Source: Horticoccus luteus (GTDB lineage Bacteria > Verrucomicrobiota > Verrucomicrobiia > Opitutales > Opitutaceae). Taken from it: a stretch of 32,000 nucleotides of DNA. Of the stretch, positions 7,933 through 15,936 are shown one piece after another. The stretch spans positions 780,001 through 812,000 of the forward strand of contig NZ_CP080507.1 of the NCBI RefSeq assembly GCF_019464535.1. Reading direction: 5' to 3'. The first letter of the stretch is position 1; the number at the start of each line of letters is the position of its first letter. Made by a program: the position numbers and the translations under genes. The notes beneath the pieces were generated by a model. That model was not told the DNA's origin. It saw only the letters and a program-made list of their open reading frames with translations, and ran no database searches.

Positions 7933-8469
7933 ATGCACCTGCAAGAACGACTCGCGCGCCATCTCGGCCGCACGCCGGAAACGGCGGCGGCGCTCTTCGT
8001 CGCGGCGAATGCGACGATCCATGGCGACGTGGTGCTGGGGCGGCAGAGCAGCGTGTTCTATGGCGCGGTGTTGCGGGGCGACATTCACGAGATCCGCGTG
8101 GGCGAGGGGACCAATATTCAGGACAACGCAGTCGTGCATCTGGCCGACGACTACGGCGCGTATATCGGCGCGTGGTCCACGATCGGACACGCGGCGATCA
8201 TCCATGCGTGCACGATCGGCGACGAATGTCTCATCGGCATGGGCGCGACGGTGCTCGATGGAGCGAGGATCGGCGCGCGCAGCATCGTGGGCGCGAACTC
8301 GCTCGTGCCGCAGCGTTTCGAGTGTCCGCCGGGCTCGATGGTTTATGGATCGCCGGCAAAAGTCGTGCGGGCGTTGAGCGAGGATGAGCAGCGCGGGTTG
8401 CGGAGGTGGGCCGAGAAATACATCGAGGTGGCGAAGGCGCACGCGGCGCTCGCGCATAAGACGCGTTGA
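7933..8469 (+). CDS. gamma-class carbonic anhydrase-like / left-handed beta-helix (YrdA/PaaY family) protein
   Basis: I trimmed the start to the ATG at 7933. Hexapeptide-repeat protein with VFYGAVLRGDIHEIRVGEGTNIQDNAVVH...IGHAAIIHACTIGDECLIGMGATVLDGARIG. Confidence 0.8.
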   Translation: MHLQERLARHLGRTPETAAALFVAANATIHGDVVLGRQSSVFYGAVLRGDIHEIRVGEGTNIQDNAVVHLADDYGAYIGAWSTIGHAAIIHACTIGDECLIGMGATVLDGARIGARSIVGANSLVPQRFECPPGSMVYGSPAKVVRALSEDEQRGLRRWAEKYIEVAKAHAALAHKTR

Positions 8470-8518
8470 ATGAGCCGGGGGAGAGTGCGCGGCGGAAGCG
8501 GGCGGCGGGGCGATGGCG

Positions 8519-9007
8519 TCAGCGTTCCAGTGTGACGAAGCTGTAGCGCCAGTGGGCATCGGCGCTGTCGTGGCGGGCGGTTTCGCGCCAGCGGGGATCA
8601 TCGCGCCATTCGGGGAAAAAGCGGTCGCCCGGCACTTCGGCGTGAATGAGCGTAAGGTGGAGGCGGGTGGCGAGAGGCAGCGTTTCCTCAAAAATGCGCT
8701 GGCCGCCGCAGACAAAGATTTCGCCGGGCAGCGTGCGCGCCGCCGCGAGCGCGGCGGGGACATCCGGAGCAATGCGCACGTTGCCGATGGCAAGGGCGGT
8801 ATCGTCGGTGATGACGATCGGGCGGCGCCCATCCTCGGCGGCGCGTGGCCAGGTGGCGAAGCTGATGCGGCCGAGGACGGCGGTGTGGCCGGCGGTGAGC
8901 GTGTGGAAGAAACGCATGTCTTCCGGAATGCTCCACGGGAGGTGACCGTCGCGGCCGATGACGCGGTTGGCGGCGACGGCGGCGACGAGGCTGAGCGGCG
9001 GCGGCAT
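8519..9007 (-). CDS. folA: dihydrofolate reductase
   Basis: I trimmed the start to the ATG at 9007 (162 aa). LVAAVAANRVIGRDGHLPWSIPEDMRFFHTLT and IFVCGGQRIFEE match DHFR signatures. The longer ORF-track N-terminus looks noncoding. Confidence 0.87.
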   Translation of the reverse strand: MPPPLSLVAAVAANRVIGRDGHLPWSIPEDMRFFHTLTAGHTAVLGRISFATWPRAAEDGRRPIVITDDTALAIGNVRIAPDVPAALAAARTLPGEIFVCGGQRIFEETLPLATRLHLTLIHAEVPGDRFFPEWRDDPRWRETARHDSADAHWRYSFVTLER

Positions 9008-9185
9008 GGCGCGAGGGAAGCACGAAACCGGGCGAACACACGAAAAGAATGCGGCTCCGGCGCGACACGGAGGTGGCGGGCGGGACAACGCATTCACGTG
9101 CGGCGAGTCAGGCCCGCGGGCGCCGGCAGGGATGCGTGGGCGTTTGCTGGTTTGCGTTGGAAGAGAAAATCGGTGTGCTCGCGCG

Positions 9186-10274
9186 ATGCTTATCGGAGTC
9201 CCCAAAGAAATTAAAATCGGTGAAACGCGCGTCTCGATGACGCCGAGTCTTTGCCGCCGTTGCGTTTCGCTCGGCGGCAATGTGGTGGTGCAAAAAGGCG
9301 CCGGCGAAAGTGCCGGCTTCACGGACGCGGAGTATCGGGCGGCAGGCGCGGCGATCGCGACCACCGCGCAGAAAGTCTGGCGCAGCGCCGACCTGATTCT
9401 GAAAGTGAAGGAGCCCCTCGAGGCGGAATACGGGCATCTGCGCGAAGGGCAGACGTTGTTCACATACCTGCATCTCGCAGCGGGAGCGGAGCTGGCGAAG
9501 GTGTTGTTGAAAAAGCGGGTTCTCGGGATCGCTTACGAGACGGTGGAGGGCGTCGATGGCCAATTCCCGCTGCTGAAACCGATGTCGCAAATCGCGGGGC
9601 GGCTCGCGATCCAGATCGGGGCGTATTTTCTGCAATCGCAGCACGGCGGCTCCGGGGTGTTGCTCGGCGGCATCCCCGGCACGATGCCCGGCCACGTGGT
9701 GGTCGTGGGCGCGGGGAATTCCGGGGCGCATGCGGTGCAGATGGCGGTCGGCATGGGCGCGCGGGTGACGGTGCTCGATCTCGACACCCGCAAACTCGAG
9801 GCGCTCGACATCGAATATCGCGGGCGCGTGGTGACGTTGATGTCGAATCCGGCGAACATCGAGCTGGCGGTGGCGAGTGCGGATTTGCTGGTGGGCGCGG
9901 TGCTGATTCCGGCGGCGAAGGCGCCGACGGTAGTGAAGAAAAAAACGGTGGCGAAGATGCGGCCCGGCAGCGTGATCGTGGACATCGCGATCGACCAGGG
10001 CGGTTGCATCGAGAGCATTCATCCGACGTCGCATGAATCGCCGACTTACCGGCAGCACGGGGTGATTCATTACGCGGTGCCGAACATGCCCGCGCTCGTG
10101 GGGCGCACGTCGACGATCGGGTTGACGCAGGCCACGGAGCCTTACGTGGCGATGCTGGTGCAGAAAGGCGTGGCGCGGGCGCTCGCGGAGCACAAGGGCC
10201 TCGCGCGCGGTGTGAACACGCAGGACGGCAAGATCACGTACGACGCGGTCGCGAAGGCGCTCGGCTATTCGTGA
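9186..10274 (+). CDS. ald: alanine dehydrogenase
   Basis: I trimmed the start to the ATG at 9186 (MLIGVPKEIKIGETRV). Also KVKEP, the NAD-binding VVVVGAGNSGAHA, VDIAIDQGGC and HYAVPNMPA. Confidence 0.9.
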   Translation: MLIGVPKEIKIGETRVSMTPSLCRRCVSLGGNVVVQKGAGESAGFTDAEYRAAGAAIATTAQKVWRSADLILKVKEPLEAEYGHLREGQTLFTYLHLAAGAELAKVLLKKRVLGIAYETVEGVDGQFPLLKPMSQIAGRLAIQIGAYFLQSQHGGSGVLLGGIPGTMPGHVVVVGAGNSGAHAVQMAVGMGARVTVLDLDTRKLEALDIEYRGRVVTLMSNPANIELAVASADLLVGAVLIPAAKAPTVVKKKTVAKMRPGSVIVDIAIDQGGCIESIHPTSHESPTYRQHGVIHYAVPNMPALVGRTSTIGLTQATEPYVAMLVQKGVARALAEHKGLARGVNTQDGKITYDAVAKALGYS

Positions 10275-12169
10275 AGCTTCGCGCGATCAGGCGCGGTGCG
10301 GCGGCGAACGCCAAGGCGGGCGGCGGATCGCTGGTGCGCGGGGCAAAGGCGTTCGTGCGCGTGGCGGTGACGGTCACGGCGGCGGTCGTCGCGGGTTTGC
10401 TCGCGGTCGCGGCGCGCACGGCGGAGGCGGGTGACGGCTGGCTGGCGGTGGAGACGGAGCATTTCACGGTGTTGACAACGGGCGCGGCGGGGCCGGCGGA
10501 AAATTGGGCGCGCGAGCTGGAGATGTTTCGCATCGGTCTCGGGAAGATCATGCCGGCCAACGCGGCGAAGTTGCAGCCGGTGGCGGTGGTGTTGTTTCCG
10601 AACGACGCGGCGTTTCAGCCGTTCAAGCCGGTGCAGAACGGGCGGTCGGCGCAGGTGGCGGGATTCTTCGCGCGGGCGGACGGCGTGAACGCGATCGGCC
10701 TCAGCGCGAGTCGCAAGGCGGAGGAGACGCGCCGCGTCATTTTTCACGAGGCGACGCACTGGTTTTCCAACGCGCTGGATGAGCCGCTGCCGGTGTGGCT
10801 CGACGAGGGAACGGCGGAAGTTTACTCGACGTTTCACGTGACGGGTGAGCGGGAGTTTGTGGTGGGCGAGCCGCCGCCGGACAGCGTGCGGTTGCTGCGC
10901 GCCCGGGGTCTGCCGCCGCTGGAGGCGTTGGTGAACCGGCCGCGCGACCGGCTCGATCTGAACGGCGGGGAGGAGACGGCGCGGTTTTACGCGGAGGCGT
11001 GGTTGTTCGTGCACTGGCTGATGTTTGGCGAAGCTTCGCCGGGCACGGGCGCGATCCTGCATTATCGCGAGGAGTTGCGCGCGACGGGGGATCCGGCGCG
11101 CGCGTTTGCGGCGGCGTTTGGCGGCAACTATGGCGACGTGCAGCAGCGGTTGGAGGACTACATGGCGTCGGGCCGTTACATCCGGCAGAAATTTACGCTG
11201 GCGGCGGGCGAGGTGGTGCGAGTGTCGGCGGCGCGGCCGGTGCGGCCCGGCGAGGTGGAGTTTGCCTTGGGGGCGTTGTTGCTCGGAGCGCAGGGGGCGC
11301 CCGCGGCGCTGCCGTATTTGCAACGGGCGGTGGCGTTGAACCCGAGCGAATCGCGGCGGTGGAGTTCTTTGGCGTTTGCGCAACTGCGCAACCATGACGA
11401 CGCGGGGGCGTTGCAATCGCTGGACCGGGCGACGGCGATGGGTTCGCCGGATGCGTTGGTGTGGACCAATCGCGCGGCGTTGCGGCTGGCATCGCACGGG
11501 AACGGCCAGGGCGTGTTGTTCAGCGCGGACGGAGCGGTGTTCGCAGCGGCGGCGGCGGACTATCGAAAAGCGCTCACGCTCGATCCGCTGTGTCGCGCAG
11601 CGTATGTGGGGCTTGCCGGGGTGGCGGCGGGCGCGGAGCCGGCGGACGCGCGGGACGTGGGGCGGTTGCGGCGCGGGCGGGAACTGTTTCCCCACGACCC
11701 GATGATCCGGGTGGGTTACGCGTGCGTGCGGCTGGCGACGGAGCCGATCGCGGCGGAGCGGGAATTGCAGGCGGTGTTGCGGCAGAAAACGTTGTCACCG
11801 GCGACGCGGTTGATCGCGGAAGGGGCGTTGCAGGGGCAGCGGTGGACGCGGCTGGCGGCGGAGATTGCGACGCAGAGTGCGGCGCGAAATTACGCGGCGG
11901 TGGTGCAGGCGATCGATGCGGGACTGGCGGCGGGTTTCAGCGAACCGAACCGGCGGGAGTTGGTGGCGTTGCGGCGGCAGGCAGACCAGATGCGGCGGAT
12001 TCAAGACGCGGTCGATGGGATGAACCGCGGGGAGATCGAGCGCGCGCGCGGGCTGTTGCAGGCCGTGGCCGCGGAGGGTCCGGCCACGACGGAGATCCGC
12101 GACGAGACGCAGCGGTTGTTGCGCGAGTGCGAGGCGCGGCGGCCGAAAGCGCGTCCGCGGCGGCGGTAG
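10271..12169 (+). CDS. secreted/anchored MA-clan zinc-peptidase-like protein (Peptidase_MA_2/DUF1570-like) with C-terminal TPR-like repeats
   Basis: Signal/anchor segment AFVRVAVTVTAAVVAGLLAVAARTAEA. HEATH is encoded at 10745-10759 and followed by PVWLDEGTAEVY, giving the HExxH...W-x-x-EG-x-A-x-Y pattern. The C-terminal half is Ala/Leu-rich and helical-repeat-like. The start is uncertain: the GTG at 10271 overlaps the ald stop, and in-frame alternatives exist up to about 10334. Confidence 0.6.
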   Translation: MKLRAIRRGAAANAKAGGGSLVRGAKAFVRVAVTVTAAVVAGLLAVAARTAEAGDGWLAVETEHFTVLTTGAAGPAENWARELEMFRIGLGKIMPANAAKLQPVAVVLFPNDAAFQPFKPVQNGRSAQVAGFFARADGVNAIGLSASRKAEETRRVIFHEATHWFSNALDEPLPVWLDEGTAEVYSTFHVTGEREFVVGEPPPDSVRLLRARGLPPLEALVNRPRDRLDLNGGEETARFYAEAWLFVHWLMFGEASPGTGAILHYREELRATGDPARAFAAAFGGNYGDVQQRLEDYMASGRYIRQKFTLAAGEVVRVSAARPVRPGEVEFALGALLLGAQGAPAALPYLQRAVALNPSESRRWSSLAFAQLRNHDDAGALQSLDRATAMGSPDALVWTNRAALRLASHGNGQGVLFSADGAVFAAAAADYRKALTLDPLCRAAYVGLAGVAAGAEPADARDVGRLRRGRELFPHDPMIRVGYACVRLATEPIAAERELQAVLRQKTLSPATRLIAEGALQGQRWTRLAAEIATQSAARNYAAVVQAIDAGLAAGFSEPNRRELVALRRQADQMRRIQDAVDGMNRGEIERARGLLQAVAAEGPATTEIRDETQRLLRECEARRPKARPRRR

Positions 12170-12290
12170 CGGAGTGAGGAAAGAAGGCGTCGTGAAACGG
12201 TGAACAGTCGTTAACGGCTTGTAACCGGGGAGGGGAAGTGATGCGTCTCACGTCGCGCTGACCGGCCGTCGGCATCGCGCTTTCCCCCTC

Positions 12291-13049
12291 ATGAAAAAAT
12301 CCCTGTTCTGGCGGTTGGGTGGCGGGCTTTTGCTGTTGAGCGCGGGCTGGCTTCCGGCGCAGGACACGCTGGACATCGGCGTGCGCTCGTCGATCGAGTT
12401 GCCGACATGGAAGCGGCCCAAGCCCGGGACGATGCCGGCAGCGGACGCGCAGGAGGGCCGGCTTTTCATTCTCGCTCCACCGGAGCGCATTCACTCGCTG
12501 GAGAAGCTGGTGCGGCCGGTGAATACGGAGCCACTGGTGGAAGAACTGTGGCGCCAGTTGGTGGCGCATGGCTTCCAGCCGGCGGCGCCGGGCCAGACGC
12601 CGGATATCGTGGTGACGTTGCACTACGGACGCGGCTATTTGCGCAATCCGTATATCGACTCCTACGCTTCAGCGGTGGACGAATCGACGTCGACGCCGAC
12701 GGTGATGATCACCGTGCCGACGATCGACGTGAAGAAGATCGGGATGGAAGAGAAAATCCAGCGGGCGCAATACGAGAAACTGTTGCTGGCGGTGACGGCT
12801 TGGAAGTATGTGAAGCCTGAAGCGGGGCGGAAGCAGAAGCCGGTGCGGTTGTGGCGGACGACGATCCTCGTGGATGACCCGGACCACCGTGATCTCAACG
12901 AACTGGCCGCGCGGATGCTCAATGCGGGCGCGGGTTACTTCAACAGCGACGTGGACAAAGAGGCGGAAATCCACGAGCCGATGCGCGAGGGGCGCGTCGA
13001 GATGGGCGAACCGGTGGAAGTGAAGCGACACGAGAATTCAACGAAATGA
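12291..13049 (+). CDS. secreted hypothetical protein, paralog 1 of a tandem pair
   Basis: ATG at 12291. Signal peptide MKKSLFWRLGGGLLLLSAGWLPAQD. It is full-length collinear with the next ORF (see findings). I recognise no family with confidence. Confidence 0.65.
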   Translation: MKKSLFWRLGGGLLLLSAGWLPAQDTLDIGVRSSIELPTWKRPKPGTMPAADAQEGRLFILAPPERIHSLEKLVRPVNTEPLVEELWRQLVAHGFQPAAPGQTPDIVVTLHYGRGYLRNPYIDSYASAVDESTSTPTVMITVPTIDVKKIGMEEKIQRAQYEKLLLAVTAWKYVKPEAGRKQKPVRLWRTTILVDDPDHRDLNELAARMLNAGAGYFNSDVDKEAEIHEPMREGRVEMGEPVEVKRHENSTK

Positions 13050-13864
13050 ACACAAATACGATGAAGGCGACTTGGTGGGTGAGAGCGGCACTGCTGGTCG
13101 GCGGCGGGCTGGCTGGTGGGTTGATCGGCGCGAGCGCGCAGGAAGGCACCGGCGACGTGGAGATCATTGTGCGCACGCAGGTGACGGAGGGGAAGAGGGC
13201 CGCCAAGCCGGGCGGCGACTCGCTGCAGCAAGCAGCAGCAGAGCACGGGAAAGCGTATGTGCTGCTGCTCGCGGAGCAGCCGAAGTCCATTTACAAACTC
13301 GTGAATCCGGTGGATCCGCAGGCGATCGCGGATGAGGTGTCGAAGCAACTCGACGCGCATGGTTTCCACCGCGTCGCGCCCGGGGCGAAGCCGGACATCG
13401 TGATCACCGTGAAATTCGGCCGCGGGATGATGCCCAATCCGTATTATGACGACACGTCGGCGATCGACGACACGATGCCCGACCCAGGCAACTGGATCGA
13501 TCCGGCCAGTGCGCCGCAGATCACCGTGACAAGTCCCAAACTGGCCCAACGGCTCGCGGTTGCGGGCGTGAGCGGCAAGGCGACGAAGGCGCAGTATGAA
13601 AAACTTTTCGTGACGGTGCGCGCGTGGAAATACCCGTCGTCGCCGCAGGAGAAACCGGAGGTGTTGTGGATCGCGGCGATGAACGTCGACGATCCCGATC
13701 ACCGCGATCTGAACACATTTTACAAGGCGATGATCGCCGCGGGAGCGCCGTATTTCGACCGCCGCTTGGACGAGGAGGAAGTGAGCGTGCGGCGGCCGTT
13801 GCGCAATGGACACGTGGAGATCGGCGAGCAGGTGGAAGTGGCACGCGAGCCGGAGAAGAAGTGA
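13046..13864 (+). CDS. secreted hypothetical protein, paralog 2 of a tandem pair
   Basis: The ATG at 13046 overlaps the previous stop (ATGA). An alternative ATG at 13061 gives MKATWWVRAALLVGGGLAGGLIGASAQE. It shares the motifs PDIV[VI]T, GRG..NPY, AQYEKL, AWKY, VDDPDHRDLN, AGA.YF and G.VE.GE.VEV with the preceding protein. Confidence 0.65.
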   Translation: MNTNTMKATWWVRAALLVGGGLAGGLIGASAQEGTGDVEIIVRTQVTEGKRAAKPGGDSLQQAAAEHGKAYVLLLAEQPKSIYKLVNPVDPQAIADEVSKQLDAHGFHRVAPGAKPDIVITVKFGRGMMPNPYYDDTSAIDDTMPDPGNWIDPASAPQITVTSPKLAQRLAVAGVSGKATKAQYEKLFVTVRAWKYPSSPQEKPEVLWIAAMNVDDPDHRDLNTFYKAMIAAGAPYFDRRLDEEEVSVRRPLRNGHVEIGEQVEVAREPEKK

Positions 13865-15897
13865 AATTTGCGCGGGGGGGGGTGAGCCGGATTGGAGCGC
13901 GATTTTTAACGTGGGCGGTGTTCGTCGCGGCCCTGGCGCTGGTGCGCGCGGTGGGCGCGCCGGAGGAGGAGGCGCGGCATCATTTCGACATTCCGGCCGG
14001 CGCGGCGGAAACGACGCTGCGGAAATTCAGCAAGCAGGCGGGCGAGGACGTGGTGTTTCCCAAGGATTTGGTGCGCGACGTGCGGACGGCGGCGGTGCGG
14101 GGCGATTTCGAGGCGCAGGAAGCGTTGGAACGCATGACGCAAGGCACGCCGCTGGTGGTGAGCCGCCGGTCGCCGAAGGCGGCCTTGGTGCTCGCGCGGC
14201 GCGCGGATTCGCCGGCGCAGATCATCGCGCTGCCGCCCTACCTGGTGGAAGACTCCGTCACGCCGCCGTGGCGTTATGCGCAGGCGCCGGGACTGGAGGT
14301 GATTTCGCGTTGTCCGGACGATTTTGTAAGCGAACTCGTGGCGACCAACGATCGTTTGCGGCAGTTGCTGGAGTTGATTCTGCCGGCGCGGTTGCAGTGG
14401 CATAGCGATGTGCCGACGGCGTATGTGTTGCTCAGTGACCAGACCTCGCCGGCGGCGACGCGGGAATTGCTGGCGAAGCTGCAGGAGCGGGCGACCAGCG
14501 GGGCGGAGGTCACGGTGCGGACGATCCCCAACTACCGGTTTGCCGACGCCGATGCGCTCGCGGTGTTTTTTATTTTCAACGAGAATCTCGGAACGCCGCA
14601 GCAACTGGTGCTGACGCCGGGCTACCTGCGCTATTTGATGGAGAACCGGGTGCCGGCGCTGCCGCGCTGGTTCGTCGAAGGGCTGCTGAAAATTTATGAG
14701 AACGCGCAGGTGACGACGACGCCGTTCGGGACTTCCCTCGCGCGCGCCGACACGGCGTTTTTCCGGCCGCGGACGGACTTTTCTCGCGGCGTGCCGCCGG
14801 CGGCGGAGGACCGGAATCGCATCGTGCTGCCGCCGGTGACGTGGAGCGCCCTGACGGCGTCGGGAAAAAAGGACGACGACGCAGAGAAGGCCGGCTGGAT
14901 GCCGCTGGCGGCGCTGCTGGCGGAGGGACCGGCTCAAGCGGAGGCGGATCCCACCGCGGTTTTGCGGGGCGAGGAAGCGGCGCTGCTGATTCGCTGGGCC
15001 TTGGACGATGCGAAGGGCGAACGGGCGGAGGCGTTGTGGAGGTTCGTCGACGCGTGCAGCCGGGCACCGGCGGCGGAGCGGGCGTTTACCGCGAGCTTTG
15101 GGCTGACTTACGCCGAGGCGGAAACGCAGCTCCGCAAGTATTTGCCGAGCGTGGGGAAGAAATCCGTTGTGCTGCGTCGGACGCAGATGGACGAAGCGCC
15201 GACGGTGGAGTTGCGCGATGCGACGGCGGAGGAAGTGGCGCGCCTCAAGGGCGATCTCAGCCGGCTGGAGGTGGGCTACATCCGGGAATTTCAGCCGGTG
15301 CTCACGGAAAAATATCTCGCGCAGGCGCAGCGGGTGCTCCGGCGCGCCTACGACCGTGGCGATCGCGATCCGCGATTGCTGGCGATCATGGGATTGTGCG
15401 CGTGTGACGCTGGTGACGACGCGGCGGCGCGGCCGTTGCTCGAGGCTGCGGCGGGCGCGGGCGTGGTGCGGCCGAGAGTATATTTCGAACTGGCCCGCAT
15501 CGTTTACGCCGAGGCGCGCGCGCACGCGGCCGGGGGCGAACTCGCGCGAGCGGAGCAGGAGCAGGTGCTGAGGTGGCTGGCCGCGGGTCGTCGGCAGGCG
15601 CCGGCGCTGCCGCAGGTTTACGATTTATACGCGGCGCTGTGGCTGCAGGCACGGACGCGACTTGAGCGGGGCGACCTCGCGGTGTTGGACGAAGGGCTGG
15701 CGCTCTTTCCGCGCCGGGTGCGGCTCATTTACGGCGCGGCGATGTTGAACGCCTTGAGTGGGGAGGCGGCGCGGGCGGTCGCGTTGACGCAGCAGGGTCT
15801 GGCGCTGGCACCGGAGGCGACGATGCGGGAGCATTTGGAAAAGCTCCAAGCAGTGCTGACGACGGCAGAGGCGGCGGAAACAAAAAAGGGCCGCTGA
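13861..15897 (+). CDS. secreted STN-domain protein fused to an HExxH-less peptidase_MA-like domain and TPR-like repeats
   Basis: The proposed GTG start at 13861 overlaps the previous stop (GTGA). An alternative GTG lies at 13882. Signal peptide ARFLTWAVFVAALALVRAVGA. The STN-like segment HHFDIPAGAAETTLRKFSKQAGEDVVFPKDLVRDVRTAAVRGDFEAQEALERMTQGTPLVV spans about 13978-14202. The middle domain is collinear with gene 10271-12169, but TPGYL replaces HEATH. The C-terminus is TPR-like. Confidence 0.6.
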   Translation: MKFARGGVSRIGARFLTWAVFVAALALVRAVGAPEEEARHHFDIPAGAAETTLRKFSKQAGEDVVFPKDLVRDVRTAAVRGDFEAQEALERMTQGTPLVVSRRSPKAALVLARRADSPAQIIALPPYLVEDSVTPPWRYAQAPGLEVISRCPDDFVSELVATNDRLRQLLELILPARLQWHSDVPTAYVLLSDQTSPAATRELLAKLQERATSGAEVTVRTIPNYRFADADALAVFFIFNENLGTPQQLVLTPGYLRYLMENRVPALPRWFVEGLLKIYENAQVTTTPFGTSLARADTAFFRPRTDFSRGVPPAAEDRNRIVLPPVTWSALTASGKKDDDAEKAGWMPLAALLAEGPAQAEADPTAVLRGEEAALLIRWALDDAKGERAEALWRFVDACSRAPAAERAFTASFGLTYAEAETQLRKYLPSVGKKSVVLRRTQMDEAPTVELRDATAEEVARLKGDLSRLEVGYIREFQPVLTEKYLAQAQRVLRRAYDRGDRDPRLLAIMGLCACDAGDDAAARPLLEAAAGAGVVRPRVYFELARIVYAEARAHAAGGELARAEQEQVLRWLAAGRRQAPALPQVYDLYAALWLQARTRLERGDLAVLDEGLALFPRRVRLIYGAAMLNALSGEAARAVALTQQGLALAPEATMREHLEKLQAVLTTAEAAETKKGR

Positions 15898-15907
15898 AAA
15901 GCGGCCC
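15888..15907 (-). terminator. hairpin between convergent genes, probably an intrinsic terminator for the cyclophilin gene
   Basis: gggccgc-tgaaaa-gcggccc forms a 7-bp perfect stem. On the minus strand it is followed by TTTTTTG (complement of caaaaaa at 15881-15887). The loop contains the TGA stop (15895-15897) of the plus-strand gene. Confidence 0.45.
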
Positions 15908-15936
15908 GGAGGAAGTGCGCGGATTGCGCAGGGGGT

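Noticed and set aside
9939-9945. A7 run in ald (a T7 run also occurs near 19809-19815 in rlmF)
   Set aside because: Both encode in-frame Lys-rich peptides (VKKKT, QKKS) inside conserved housekeeping genes, so they are unlikely to be contingency tracts.
10265-11695. 476-aa minus-strand ORF antisense to the peptidase-like gene. Similar antisense or alternate-frame ORFs occur at 13906-15525, 17297-18163, 21369-22016, 23975-25057 and 25085-27280.
   Set aside because: They are extremely Arg/Pro/His-rich with no motifs, and each is antisense to a gene with clear family signatures.
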